From positions 24,278 through 88,277 of the forward strand of contig JBIIVD010000003.1 of NCBI GenBank assembly GCA_044339635.1: a stretch of DNA of 64,000 nt, given 5' to 3'. Made by a program: the position numbers and the translations under genes. The notes under the pieces are model-generated. The model searched no databases and was not told where the DNA came from. It saw nothing but the letters and a program-made list of their open reading frames with translations. Each line of letters begins with the position of its first letter. The stretch's first letter is position 1. Of this stretch, positions 18,865 to 28,121 are shown piece by piece. This DNA is from Steroidobacteraceae bacterium. Lineage in GTDB: Bacteria > Pseudomonadota > Gammaproteobacteria > Steroidobacterales > Steroidobacteraceae.

Positions 18865-19959
18865 ATGATCACACCCGTCTCGCGACCCGCCGTACCGCTC
18901 CTGCTCCTGCTCGCGTGGGTGCTGACGGCCACGGCCTGCAGCCGTCCCGGAAAACCGGAGGGCCCGCCGGTCGCCTCGATGACGGTGACCGTCACCGAGG
19001 CGGTACGGCGCAACGTCGAGCGCGAGGTCGTCGCCTCCGGTTCGGTCGCGGCATGGCAGGAGATGTCGCTGGGCGTCGAACTCACGGGCTTGCGCATCGC
19101 CACCGTGCTGGTCGAACCGGGCACGCGCGTGGCCGCCGGCCAGGCCTTGCTCGAGCTCGACCGCCGCACCCTCGACGTACAGGCGCGTCAGGCGGAGGCC
19201 AGCCTCGCGCAAGCGCGCGCCAGCCTCGAACTGGCACGCTCGCAGGCGGCGCGCGGGGAGACGCTGCTCGCCCAGAACCTGATCTCGGGCGCGAACTTCG
19301 ACGAGTTGCGGGCGAACCGTTCAAAGGCGGAGGCCGGCCTGGCGGCGGCCGAGGCCGAGCGCGATGCGGCGAGGTTGCGGCTCGGCTTCGCCACGCTGCG
19401 CGCGCCGGATGCGGGTCTCATCTCGGCCCGCAACGCCCAACCCGGCCAGATCGTCTCGGCCGGCACCGAATTGCTGCGCCTCATCCGTCGTGGACGGCTC
19501 GAGTGGCGCGCCGAGGTCGCCGAGATCGACCTGCCGAGCCTCAAGGTCGGCTCGGCGGTGCAGTTGCGCGCGCCCGATGGGTCGCGGGTCGCGGGCACCA
19601 TCCGTGCCGTCTCGCCGGCCATCGACCCGAAGACCCGCGCCGCCCTCATCTACGCCGACCTCCCGGAGCCCGGCGCGTTGCGTGCGGGGATGTTCGCGGA
19701 AGGGCGTTTGACCGTGGGTCGCGCCGAGGTGAGCGTGGTGCCGCGCGAGTCCGTGGTGTTCCGTGACGGCTTCCCGTTCGTGTTCGTGCTCGGCGAGGGC
19801 GATCGCGTCGCGCAGCGGCGCATCGAGACGGGTGCCGCGCAAGGCGACTTCCTCGAGGTGCGTTCGGGGCTTGCCGCCGGGGATCGCATCGTGGTGAAGG
19901 GTGCCGGTTTCCTCGGCGATCGCGACCTCGTGAAGGTCATCGCCGGATCCGGGACCTGA
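18865..19959 (+). CDS. RND efflux periplasmic adaptor (membrane fusion protein), lipoprotein-like
   Basis: 364 aa from ATG 18865. Lipobox-like ...LTATAC. A coiled-coil hairpin region and a beta-barrel region typical of the HlyD/AcrA family. Directly upstream of the RND permease. Confidence 0.85.
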   Translation: MITPVSRPAVPLLLLLAWVLTATACSRPGKPEGPPVASMTVTVTEAVRRNVEREVVASGSVAAWQEMSLGVELTGLRIATVLVEPGTRVAAGQALLELDRRTLDVQARQAEASLAQARASLELARSQAARGETLLAQNLISGANFDELRANRSKAEAGLAAAEAERDAARLRLGFATLRAPDAGLISARNAQPGQIVSAGTELLRLIRRGRLEWRAEVAEIDLPSLKVGSAVQLRAPDGSRVAGTIRAVSPAIDPKTRAALIYADLPEPGALRAGMFAEGRLTVGRAEVSVVPRESVVFRDGFPFVFVLGEGDRVAQRRIETGAAQGDFLEVRSGLAAGDRIVVKGAGFLGDRDLVKVIAGSGT

Positions 19960-19975
19960 GCCGGGGCATGCGGCC

Positions 19976-22900
19976 ATGACCCTCTCGCGCTGGGGCATCC
20001 AACACCCGCTGCCCTCGGTGCTCGCGTTCGTCATTCTGACGCTCGCCGGTCTTTGGGGGCTGCGCCAACTGCCGATCTCGCAGTTGCCGGACATCGCGTT
20101 GCCGACCATCCAGGTGACGGTGGGCCTGCCCGGCGCCCCGCCATCGATCCTCGAGACCGACGTCACGCGCAAGGTCGAGGATGCCGTCGCGAGCATCGCC
20201 GACATCAAGAAGATCGATTCCGCGATCACCGAGGGGTCCTCCGTCACCCGCGTCGAGTTCGAGCTCGGTCGCGACATCGATGCGGCGCTCGACGAGGTCC
20301 GCGACGCGGTGATGCGCGCCCGTCGCGAGTTGCCGGCGGACATCGACGAACCGGTGGTGCAGCGCGTCAACCTGGTCGGCGGCACGATGATCGGCTTCGC
20401 CGTCGCCTCGGAGCGCATGCCGCTCGATGAGCTGTCGTGGTTCGTCGATGACACCGTCACCAAGGCCATGTACGGACTGCCCGGCGTCGGCTCGGTATCG
20501 CGCTCGGGCGGCCTGCAGCGCGAAGTGCGGGTGGACCTGCGGCCGGAGGCGCTGCAATCGCTCGGCGTGACGGCGGGATCCGTGTCCAGCCAGCTCGCGC
20601 GGTTGCAGCTCGAGCGGCCGGGCGGCCGTACCGAGGCGGGGGGCGCCGAGCAGTCCGTGCGCACCGTCGCGGTGGTGCGCACCGCGGCAGAGCTCGCCGA
20701 CTACCCGATCTCGCTGCCGGACGGTCGCGCGGTCCGTCTCTCGTCCATCGCCACCGTCACCGACGGCGCAGCCACGCCGCGTTCGTCGGCGATGCTCGAT
20801 GAGCAGACGGTCGTCGGCTTCTCGATCCGGCGCACCCGTGGCTCGAGCGAAGTGGCGGTCGGGGAGGGGGTGCGCAAGGCGGTCGCGCGCCTGCAGGCCG
20901 AGCATCCAGACGTCGTCTTCACCGAAGTGATCGCCAGCGTCGAGGAAGCCAAGGCCTCCTACGACTCGTCGATGGCGATGCTGCTGGAGGGCGCCGTGCT
21001 CGCGGTGCTCGTGGTCTGGTTCTTCCTGCGCGATTGGCGCGCCACCTGGATCTCGGCGATCGCCTTGCCGCTGTCGGTGATCCCGACCTTCGCCGTCATG
21101 TCGTGGTTCGGTTTTTCGCTCAACCTGCTCACCCTGCTCGCGCTCGCGGTCGTCATCGGCATCCTCGTCGATGATGCCATCGTCGAAGTGGAGAACGTCG
21201 CGCGGCACCGCGCCATGGGCAAGCCGCCCCTGCAGGCCGCGATCGATGCCACGGACGAGATCGGCATCGCGGTCATCGCGACTTCCGCCACGCTCGCCGC
21301 GGTGTTCGTGCCGGTCGCGTTCATGCCGGGCGTCACCGGCAAGTTCTTCCGCGAGTTCGGCTGGACCGCTGCGGCAGCGGTGCTGTTCTCGCTGCTGGTG
21401 GCGCGCTTGCTGACGCCGATGCTGGCGGCGCGGTTCATGGTGCACCTGCCGGTCGCAGCCGAGGACTCGCCGCTGATGTCGCGGTACCTCCGTTGGGTCG
21501 ACCTCGCGTTGCACCATCGTCGTTGGGCGCTCGGACTTGCGCTGCTGACCTTCGTCGCATCGCTGGCGCTGATCCCGCTCATCCCGAAGACCTTCGTGCC
21601 CTCCACGGACGAGCAGCGCGTGCAGTTGCAGGTCGAGCTGCCGCCCGGTGCGCGCTTGGCCGATTCGCTCGCCGTCGCACGCGAGGTGCGGGCACGGTTG
21701 CGCGCCGGCGTGCCCGAGATCAAGAGCGTGTTCACCTCGATAGGCGGCGATGCCAACGAGAGCATGGGCGGTGGTCTCAGCTTCCCGGAAGTGCGGCGCG
21801 TGATGTTGACCTTGGAGTTCACGGCCGACCGCCGACGCAGCACGCCGCAGCTCGAGAACGCGATCCGCGACCTGCTGCGGGAGTTGCCGGGCGTGCGCGC
21901 GCAGTTCTCCGCGGGCGGTCCGGGTGACCGTCTGACGCTCGGGCTCGCGGGCAAGGACTCCGAGGTGCTCGCCAAGACCTCGCGCGAGCTCGCGGCGGCG
22001 ATCCGTGCGATCCCCGGCCTCGGATCGGTGAGCACCTCGGCGGCGCTGCTGCGTCCCGAGGTCGTCATCCGCCCCGATCCGGCGCGGGCGGCGAACCTCG
22101 GTGTCTCGACCGTCGACATCGCCGATGCCGCGCGCATCGCCACCAGCGGCGATGTGCGACAGCGCCTCGCCAAGCTCAACCTCGCCGAGCGGCAGATCCC
22201 GATCCGCGTGCAGCTCGCCGGTGTGTCGCTGACCGATCCGGCGGTGCTCCGTCAGCTGCGTGTTCCGGGCGCGCGCGGTCCGGTTGCCCTGTCCGCCGTC
22301 GCCGATATCACCGAGGGCAGCGGGCCTGCGCGCATCGATCGCATCGACCGTGAGCGCAACGTCACCGTGTCCGCCGAGCTCAACGGCCAGCCGCTCGGCG
22401 ATGTCATGTCGAAGGTCATGGCGCTGCCCGAGGTGCGCAACCTGCCGTCGGGGGTGCGCATCGTGCCGGTCGGGGACTCCGAGGCCTTCGTCGAGCTCTT
22501 CGTCGGCTTTGCGGTGGCGATGCTCGCCGGCGTGGTCGCCGTCTACGTCGTGCTGCTGCTGCTGTTCCACAGCGCGACGCTGCCGCTCGTGATCCTCGCG
22601 GCGGTGCCGCTCTGCGGCGGCGGCGCGTTCGGGCTGCTGCTGCTCACCGGCAACGCGCTCTCCTTGCCGTCGTTGATCGGACTGCTGCTGCTCACCGGCA
22701 TCGCCACCAAGAACTCCATCCTGATCGTGGACTACGCGGTGCTCGGCGAGCGGGCCGGTCTCTCGCGCGACCAGGCGCTCATCGAGGCCTGCCGCAAGCG
22801 TGCGCGGCCGGTCATCATGACCACCATCGCGATGGGTGCCGGCATGCTGCCGATCGCGCTGGGGTTGGGCGCCGACGGCAACTTCCGCACGCCACTCGGC

Positions 22901-23053
22901 GTCTCCGTCATCGGTGGCCTCATCACCTCAACGTTGCTGTCGCTGATCGTCGTGCCGGCGGCGTATTCGCTGGTGGCGGAGGTCACGGAGCGCTTCAATC
23001 GGCGCTGGCGTCCGCAGTCGCCCGCCGGGTCGGCGCCGTCGCCGACCGCATAG
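19976..23053 (+). CDS. RND efflux transporter permease (AcrB/AcrD/AcrF family)
   Basis: 1025 aa. Twelve-TM architecture with two large periplasmic loops. Typical N-terminus SRWGIQHPLPSVLAFVILTLAGLWGLRQLPISQLPDI and conserved VDDAIVEVENV. Confidence 0.92.
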   Translation: MTLSRWGIQHPLPSVLAFVILTLAGLWGLRQLPISQLPDIALPTIQVTVGLPGAPPSILETDVTRKVEDAVASIADIKKIDSAITEGSSVTRVEFELGRDIDAALDEVRDAVMRARRELPADIDEPVVQRVNLVGGTMIGFAVASERMPLDELSWFVDDTVTKAMYGLPGVGSVSRSGGLQREVRVDLRPEALQSLGVTAGSVSSQLARLQLERPGGRTEAGGAEQSVRTVAVVRTAAELADYPISLPDGRAVRLSSIATVTDGAATPRSSAMLDEQTVVGFSIRRTRGSSEVAVGEGVRKAVARLQAEHPDVVFTEVIASVEEAKASYDSSMAMLLEGAVLAVLVVWFFLRDWRATWISAIALPLSVIPTFAVMSWFGFSLNLLTLLALAVVIGILVDDAIVEVENVARHRAMGKPPLQAAIDATDEIGIAVIATSATLAAVFVPVAFMPGVTGKFFREFGWTAAAAVLFSLLVARLLTPMLAARFMVHLPVAAEDSPLMSRYLRWVDLALHHRRWALGLALLTFVASLALIPLIPKTFVPSTDEQRVQLQVELPPGARLADSLAVAREVRARLRAGVPEIKSVFTSIGGDANESMGGGLSFPEVRRVMLTLEFTADRRRSTPQLENAIRDLLRELPGVRAQFSAGGPGDRLTLGLAGKDSEVLAKTSRELAAAIRAIPGLGSVSTSAALLRPEVVIRPDPARAANLGVSTVDIADAARIATSGDVRQRLAKLNLAERQIPIRVQLAGVSLTDPAVLRQLRVPGARGPVALSAVADITEGSGPARIDRIDRERNVTVSAELNGQPLGDVMSKVMALPEVRNLPSGVRIVPVGDSEAFVELFVGFAVAMLAGVVAVYVVLLLLFHSATLPLVILAAVPLCGGGAFGLLLLTGNALSLPSLIGLLLLTGIATKNSILIVDYAVLGERAGLSRDQALIEACRKRARPVIMTTIAMGAGMLPIALGLGADGNFRTPLGVSVIGGLITSTLLSLIVVPAAYSLVAEVTERFNRRWRPQSPAGSAPSPTA

Positions 23054-23065
23054 CCGCAGCCGCCG

Positions 23066-24406
23066 CTACAACAGGTCCCGCAACCGGTACCACAGCATCG
23101 CGAGCACGAGCGCCGGTCGGCGCAGCGCCTGGCCGCCCGGGAAGTCGTGGTGGGGGATGCGGGCGAACACATCGAAGCGTCCGCTGTCGCCCGCGATCGC
23201 CTCGGCGAGCAGTTTTCCGGCGATCCCGGTGAGCGCGATGCCGTGGCCGCTGAAGCCCTGCAGGAAGTAGACCTCGGGCTCGAGCCGGCCGAAGTGCGGC
23301 GCGCGGTTCATCGTGATGTCCACGTAGCCGCCCCAGGCGTGGTCGATGGCGGTGTCCGCGAGCTGCGGGAACACCTGCAGCATGCGCGCGCGGGTGGCGC
23401 GACGGGTGCCGAGCGGGTCGAGCCCGGAATAGCTCACGCGCCCGCCGAAGAGCAGGCGGTGGTCGGCCGAGCGCCGGAAGTAGTCGATCACCCAGTTGAT
23501 ATCCGTGACCGCAGCGTCGTTGCGGATGAGCGCGGCGGCGCGCTCGGCGCCGAGCGGTTCGGTCGCGACGATGTAGGTGCCGACGCCCATGATCTTGCGC
23601 GCGAGTGCGGGCGCGAACGGGCCGAGCCAGGCGTTGCCGCAGAGCGCGAGGCTGCGGCAACGCACGCGGCCTGTGGCGGTCGTGACCTCGAAGCCGCGTG
23701 ACGTGCCCGCCCCGGGGCCCGTGCCGCCCGGCAGGCTGGCCGCAGCGACGCGCGTGTAGGTGAGGGCGCGGCTGTCCTCGAAGATGCGCACGCCTGCACG
23801 CTCCGCGGCAGCGGCGAGCCCTTGCGTGTACTTGAGCGGATGCAGGTGGCCGCCTGCGCTGTCGCAGGTGCCGGCGATGTAGCGGTCGGAGTCCACGGTG
23901 GCGCGTAGTTCCTCGCGCTCGATCATGCGGATGCTGGTGTAGCCGTATTCGCCGTGGAGGGTCTCGACCTCCTCGCGCAGTTCCCTTTCCTGCCGCGGCT
24001 TGATCGCGACATGCATCTGTCCTGCCCGGTGGTCGCAGTCGATGCCGTGGCGGGCGATGAGTTCGCGCTGCAGGCGCAGGCCCTCGACGGAGATGTCCCA
24101 CACCCGACGCGCGTCCGCTTCGCCGAGGAGCGCGCGGAGCTTGTGCTGCCCGCAGGCGATGCCCGGGATGGCCTGCGCGCCGCTGCGACCCGAAGCGCCC
24201 CAGCCGATGCGGTGCGCTTCGAGGAGGGCGACGCTGCGGCCCTGCTCGGCGAGGTGCAGCGCGGTGGAGCAGCCGGCGATGCCGCCGCCGACCACGCAGA
24301 CATCGACCGTGATGTCGCCCGCCAAGGCGGGACGGGGCGGCTGCGGCGCCGCCGAGGCCGCGTACCAGGAGTCGATGTGGCCGCTCAGATCGCCCCCATG
24401 TACCAC
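23066..24406 (-). CDS. FAD-dependent oxidoreductase (gamma-glutamylputrescine oxidase PuuB/PauB-like)
   Basis: 446 aa. Dinucleotide motif VCVVGGGIAGCSTALHLAE, DAO-family body. Its start overlaps the stop of the upstream GS-like gene by 22 nt. Confidence 0.85.
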   Translation of the reverse strand: MVHGGDLSGHIDSWYAASAAPQPPRPALAGDITVDVCVVGGGIAGCSTALHLAEQGRSVALLEAHRIGWGASGRSGAQAIPGIACGQHKLRALLGEADARRVWDISVEGLRLQRELIARHGIDCDHRAGQMHVAIKPRQERELREEVETLHGEYGYTSIRMIEREELRATVDSDRYIAGTCDSAGGHLHPLKYTQGLAAAAERAGVRIFEDSRALTYTRVAAASLPGGTGPGAGTSRGFEVTTATGRVRCRSLALCGNAWLGPFAPALARKIMGVGTYIVATEPLGAERAAALIRNDAAVTDINWVIDYFRRSADHRLLFGGRVSYSGLDPLGTRRATRARMLQVFPQLADTAIDHAWGGYVDITMNRAPHFGRLEPEVYFLQGFSGHGIALTGIAGKLLAEAIAGDSGRFDVFARIPHHDFPGGQALRRPALVLAMLWYRLRDLL

Positions 24407-25809
24407 TCGACCTCGAGCGGCGTCACATAGGAGTTGAAGTCATCGAGCTCGGCCTGCTTCACGGTCGCATAGAGGTCGCGGAAGGGGCGCCCGAGGTAGC
24501 CGGCGGCGAAGTCGCTCCCGCGGAAGCGTTCGATGGCCGTCGCCCAGTGCGCGGGCAGCGGTTCGCCGCCCTCGCGGTAGGCGTTGCCCCGCACCGGCGG
24601 CGGCGGCTCGATCGCTTGCGCGATGCCGTGGTGGATGCCCGCGAGCAGCCAAGCGGTGACGAGATAGGGGTTGGCATCCGCGCCCGCGAGCCGGTGCTCG
24701 ATGCGGCGGTTGCGCGCGTCGCTCACCGGCAGACGCACGGCCGAGCCGCGGTTGTTCACCGACCAGGAGGGCGTGAGCGGCACGTAGGCTTCGGGCCGGA
24801 ACCGGCGGTAGGAATTGGGGCCCGGCGCGCAGATCGCCATCCCCTCGCCGAGCGTCGCGAGCACGCCGCCGATGGCGTGGCGCAGTTCGCTGCTCTCGAT
24901 GCGCAGGCCGCCCGCAGCGCCGTCGCCCGCGTCATCGCCGATCGGCCCTGTCTCCACGGGCTCCGGGCACTCGAAGATGTTGCGGCCCGAGGCGTCGAGC
25001 ACGCTCGCGTGCACGTGCAGGCCCGACCCTGCCATGTCGCGATAGGGCTTGGCGAGGAAGGTCGCATCCCAACCGTATTCGCGCGCCACGCTGCGCACCA
25101 CGCGCTTGAAGCGCAGTGCCTCGTCGCAAGCGCGCAGCGCGTCGTCACGGTGGGCGAGGTTCACCTCGAACTGCCCGGGGCCGTATTCGGCGAGCGCGGA
25201 GGTCGACGGGATGCCCTGCGCGCGGCACACCGTATCGATGCGCGCGAGCACCGCCGAGTATTCATCGAGGTCGGTCATCGCGTTGATCTGGGTGCGGAAC
25301 TCGCGGCGGCCGGCGCGGGGCAGCGGCGGCGGCTGCGGCTGACCGGCGGCGGTGCGTTCGCGGTCCACGAAATAGAACTCGTATTCGATCGCGACCACGG
25401 GCGTTAGGTTCAGCCGATGGAAGCGGTCGAGCACCTTCACGAGCACATGGCGAGGGTCGCCGAAGAACGGGCGACCGTCGGGTTCGTACATCGACACCTG
25501 CAGCTGGGCGACGCCGTCCTGCTGCCAGGGGACCGGCACCAGGGAATGCGGCAGCGGTCGGCAGGGGCGATCTGCGTCGCCCTCATCGAAGCCAAGGCCG
25601 GTGGCCTGTACCGTACCGCCGAGTACGTCCAAGGCGAACATGGAGCCGGGCAGCAGCATGCCCGAGCGGTAGACGCCCTCGATGCTGCCGCGGTCGATGC
25701 GCTTGCCGCGCTCGACGGTGTTGAGATCGTTCAGGAAGACATCGAAGAAACGCGTCTCCGGGTGCTGGTCGAGGAAATGTGCGAGTTCCGGAACATCTGG
25801 GGTGGCCAT
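24385..25809 (-). CDS. Glutamine synthetase family protein (gamma-glutamylpolyamine synthetase PuuA/PauA-like)
   Basis: 474 aa. GS catalytic-domain motifs (...KP....GSG.H.H.S..., NSYRR, R.E.R..GADANPYL). Confidence 0.88.
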   Translation of the reverse strand: MATPDVPELAHFLDQHPETRFFDVFLNDLNTVERGKRIDRGSIEGVYRSGMLLPGSMFALDVLGGTVQATGLGFDEGDADRPCRPLPHSLVPVPWQQDGVAQLQVSMYEPDGRPFFGDPRHVLVKVLDRFHRLNLTPVVAIEYEFYFVDRERTAAGQPQPPPLPRAGRREFRTQINAMTDLDEYSAVLARIDTVCRAQGIPSTSALAEYGPGQFEVNLAHRDDALRACDEALRFKRVVRSVAREYGWDATFLAKPYRDMAGSGLHVHASVLDASGRNIFECPEPVETGPIGDDAGDGAAGGLRIESSELRHAIGGVLATLGEGMAICAPGPNSYRRFRPEAYVPLTPSWSVNNRGSAVRLPVSDARNRRIEHRLAGADANPYLVTAWLLAGIHHGIAQAIEPPPPVRGNAYREGGEPLPAHWATAIERFRGSDFAAGYLGRPFRDLYATVKQAELDDFNSYVTPLEVEWYMGAI

Positions 25810-25842
25810 GACCGGAGGATACGGGGCAGGGTGGGTTGGGGC

Positions 25843-25883
25843 AATATAGATACAATAAAAACAAAAGGTTATGAGTCAATCTT
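25843..25883. promoter_or_regulatory. AT-rich island inside the divergent pauA-like / spuA-like intergenic region (probable shared promoter or regulator-binding region)
   Basis: aatatagatacaataaaaacaaaaggttatgagtcaatctt is conspicuously AT-rich for this genome. It lies between two divergently oriented start codons (25809 and 25966). Confidence 0.3.
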
Positions 25884-25965
25884 CGGAGGGGAATGAGGCA
25901 AGTGGCCGGCCGATATGCTCTAATGCCCCCTCGGTGGGCAGTGCGTCCATCGCTCTTGGTGTCCC

Positions 25966-26739
25966 ATGTCTGCCCGTCCTGTCATCGGCATCCCCGCCGA
26001 CCGTCGAATGGTCGGCCCGCATCCCTTCCACATGGTGGGGGAGAAATACGCGGCTGCCGTGATGCAGGCGGCCGGTGGCTTGCCGCTCCTCATCCCGGTG
26101 CTGCCCGACCCGCTCGCGCAGCGCGACATCCTCGATACGCTCGACGGGCTGCTGTTCCCCGGCAGTCCTTCCAACGTCGAGCCGCATCACTACGAAGAAG
26201 GGCCGAGCCGCCCCGGAACGCTCCATGATCCGGAGCGCGACGCCACCACGCTGCCGCTGGTGCGCACGGCGCTGGCGGCCGGGGTGCCGCTGCTCGGCGT
26301 CTGCCGTGGTTTCCAGGAGATCAATGTCGCGCTCGGCGGCAGCCTCTGGCAGCACGTCGAGGAGGCGCCGGGGATGCTCGACCACCGCGAGGACAAGTCG
26401 CAGCCCCTCGAGGCCCAGTACGGCCCGGCCCACGAGGTCATGCTCGAGCCGGGTGGTCTGCTGCGGCGGCTCGCGGGCGGCGCCGATCGCGTCGCGGTGA
26501 ACTCCCTGCACGGGCAGGGGGTCAAACGGCTGGCGCCCGGCCTGCGCGTCGAGGCGCGCGCGCCGGACGGCCTCATCGAGGCCTTCGTGCCCGAGGCTGC
26601 GCCGGGCTTTGCGCTCGCGGTGCAGTGGCACCCGGAGTGGAAGGTGATGGACAACGATTTTTCCCGTGCGCTGTTCGCCGCTTTCGGCGACGCGGCGCGC
26701 GAACGCGCCGCCCGCCGGGTGGCGCGAAACCGAGGTTGA
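25966..26739 (+). CDS. puuD: Gamma-glutamyl-gamma-aminobutyrate hydrolase (peptidase C26 / class-I glutamine amidotransferase; PuuD/SpuA-like)
   Basis: 257 aa. N-terminus PVIGIPADR, nucleophile motif LLGVCRGFQEINVALGGSL, and HPE near the C-terminus (AVQWHPEW). Confidence 0.85.
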   Translation: MSARPVIGIPADRRMVGPHPFHMVGEKYAAAVMQAAGGLPLLIPVLPDPLAQRDILDTLDGLLFPGSPSNVEPHHYEEGPSRPGTLHDPERDATTLPLVRTALAAGVPLLGVCRGFQEINVALGGSLWQHVEEAPGMLDHREDKSQPLEAQYGPAHEVMLEPGGLLRRLAGGADRVAVNSLHGQGVKRLAPGLRVEARAPDGLIEAFVPEAAPGFALAVQWHPEWKVMDNDFSRALFAAFGDAARERAARRVARNRG

Positions 26740-26743
26740 AGCC

Positions 26744-28084
26744 ATGTCAGACCAGATCGAACAGTTCTTCCGTCAGCACAACATCCAGGAAGTCGAGGCC
26801 ATCGTCCCGGACATGGCCGGCATCGCCCGCGGCAAGGTCATGCCCGCCCAAAAGTTCCAGGGCGACCAGGGCATGCGGCTGCCGGAGAGCATCTTCCTGC
26901 AGACCGTGACCGGCGATTATCCCGAGGAGACCTCCTCGGCGATGAGCCCGGCCGAGATCGACATCATCCTGAAGCCCGACCCGCGCACCGTGCGCCGCGT
27001 CCCGTGGGCCGCCGAGCCCACGGCGCAGGTGATCCACGATTGCTTCTACGCCGACGGACGGCGCGTGAAGATGGCGCCGCGCGAAGTGCTGAAGCACGTG
27101 CTCGACCTCTACGCGCAGAAGGGCTGGGACCCGGTGGTGGCGCCGGAGCTAGAGTTCTACCTCGTCGAACCGAACATCGACGCGGACTATCCGCTCAAGC
27201 CCCCGATCGGGCGTTCCGGCCGCGCTGAACCCGGGCGCCAGTCCTACAGCATCGCGGCGGTCAACGAATTCGACCCGCTGTTCGACGATGTCTACCAGTT
27301 CTGCGAGGATCAGGACATCGCCATCGACACCCTGATCCACGAGGACGGCCCGGCGCAGATGGAGATCAACCTGCTGCACGGCAACGCGCTCGACCTCGCC
27401 GACCAGGCCTTCATGTTCAAGCGCACGGCGCGCGAGGCCGCGCTGCGCCACAAGATGTATGCGACCTTCATGGCGAAGCCCCACGCCAAGGAGCCGGGCA
27501 GCGCGATGCACATCCACCAGAGCATCGTCGACCGCCAGACCCGCAAGAACGTGTTCTCGGCCAAGGACGGCACGCCGTCGCCGCTGTTCTTCTCGCACAT
27601 CGCCGGGCTGCAGCGTTACCTGCCCGCGGCGATGGCGCTGCTCGCGCCCAACGTCAACTCCTACCGCCGCATCAGCCGTTTCCAGGTGGCGCCGATCAAC
27701 GTGCAGTGGGGCTACGACAACCGCACCGCCGGCCTGCGCGTGCCGATGTCCGGGCCCGAGGACCGGCGCGTCGAGAACCGGCTTGCCGGCGCCGACGCGA
27801 ACCCCTACCTCGCGAGCGCGGCATCGCTCGCCTGCGGTTACCTCGGCATGGTGCAGGGCCTCTCGCCCACCGATCCGATCAGCGGCAGCGCCCACGACAT
27901 GCCGTTCTCGTTGCCGCGCAACCTCGACGAGGCGATCCGCCTGCTGCGCGAATGCGACCCGTTGATCGAGATCTTCGGCGAGTCGTTCGTCGCCGCGTTC
28001 TCGCTGGTCAAGGAGGCCGAACACGAGGTGTTCCTGCAGGTCATCAGCTCCTGGGAGCGCGAGCACCTCCTGCTCAACGTCTGA
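26744..28084 (+). CDS. Glutamine synthetase family protein (second PuuA/PauA/SpuB-like paralog)
   Basis: 446 aa from ATG 26744, 4 nt after the upstream stop. Motifs FMAKPH..EPGSAMHIHQS, NSYRR and RVENRLAGADANPYL. Confidence 0.88.
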   Translation: MSDQIEQFFRQHNIQEVEAIVPDMAGIARGKVMPAQKFQGDQGMRLPESIFLQTVTGDYPEETSSAMSPAEIDIILKPDPRTVRRVPWAAEPTAQVIHDCFYADGRRVKMAPREVLKHVLDLYAQKGWDPVVAPELEFYLVEPNIDADYPLKPPIGRSGRAEPGRQSYSIAAVNEFDPLFDDVYQFCEDQDIAIDTLIHEDGPAQMEINLLHGNALDLADQAFMFKRTAREAALRHKMYATFMAKPHAKEPGSAMHIHQSIVDRQTRKNVFSAKDGTPSPLFFSHIAGLQRYLPAAMALLAPNVNSYRRISRFQVAPINVQWGYDNRTAGLRVPMSGPEDRRVENRLAGADANPYLASAASLACGYLGMVQGLSPTDPISGSAHDMPFSLPRNLDEAIRLLRECDPLIEIFGESFVAAFSLVKEAEHEVFLQVISSWEREHLLLNV

Positions 28085-28121
28085 TCGTCCGACATCCGAG
28101 GCCGCCGCGCCGGAGCCCGCC

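Noticed and set aside
22540-22700. Runs of CTG/GCT triplets (also 32761-32800) that look like microsatellites or short tandem repeats.
   Set aside because: They encode poly-Leu stretches within transmembrane helices of the RND permease and the PotH-like permease. They are in frame and not expanded beyond a few units, so they are not repeat elements or CRISPR-like structures.
25903-25918. A sigma-54-like -24/-12 element (TGGCC-N-TGC) upstream of the puuD/spuA-like gene.
   Set aside because: The GG-to-GC spacing is one nucleotide longer than the canonical TGGCAC-N5-TTGC geometry, and the flanking consensus bases are poor. The evidence is not enough to call it.
25871-26062. A 63-aa ORF beginning in the AT-rich intergenic island and running into the puuD-like gene.
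   Set aside because: It overlaps the puuD-like start out of frame, has no SD, and has a Ser/Pro-rich composition without hydrophobic or structured character. It is probably not coding.
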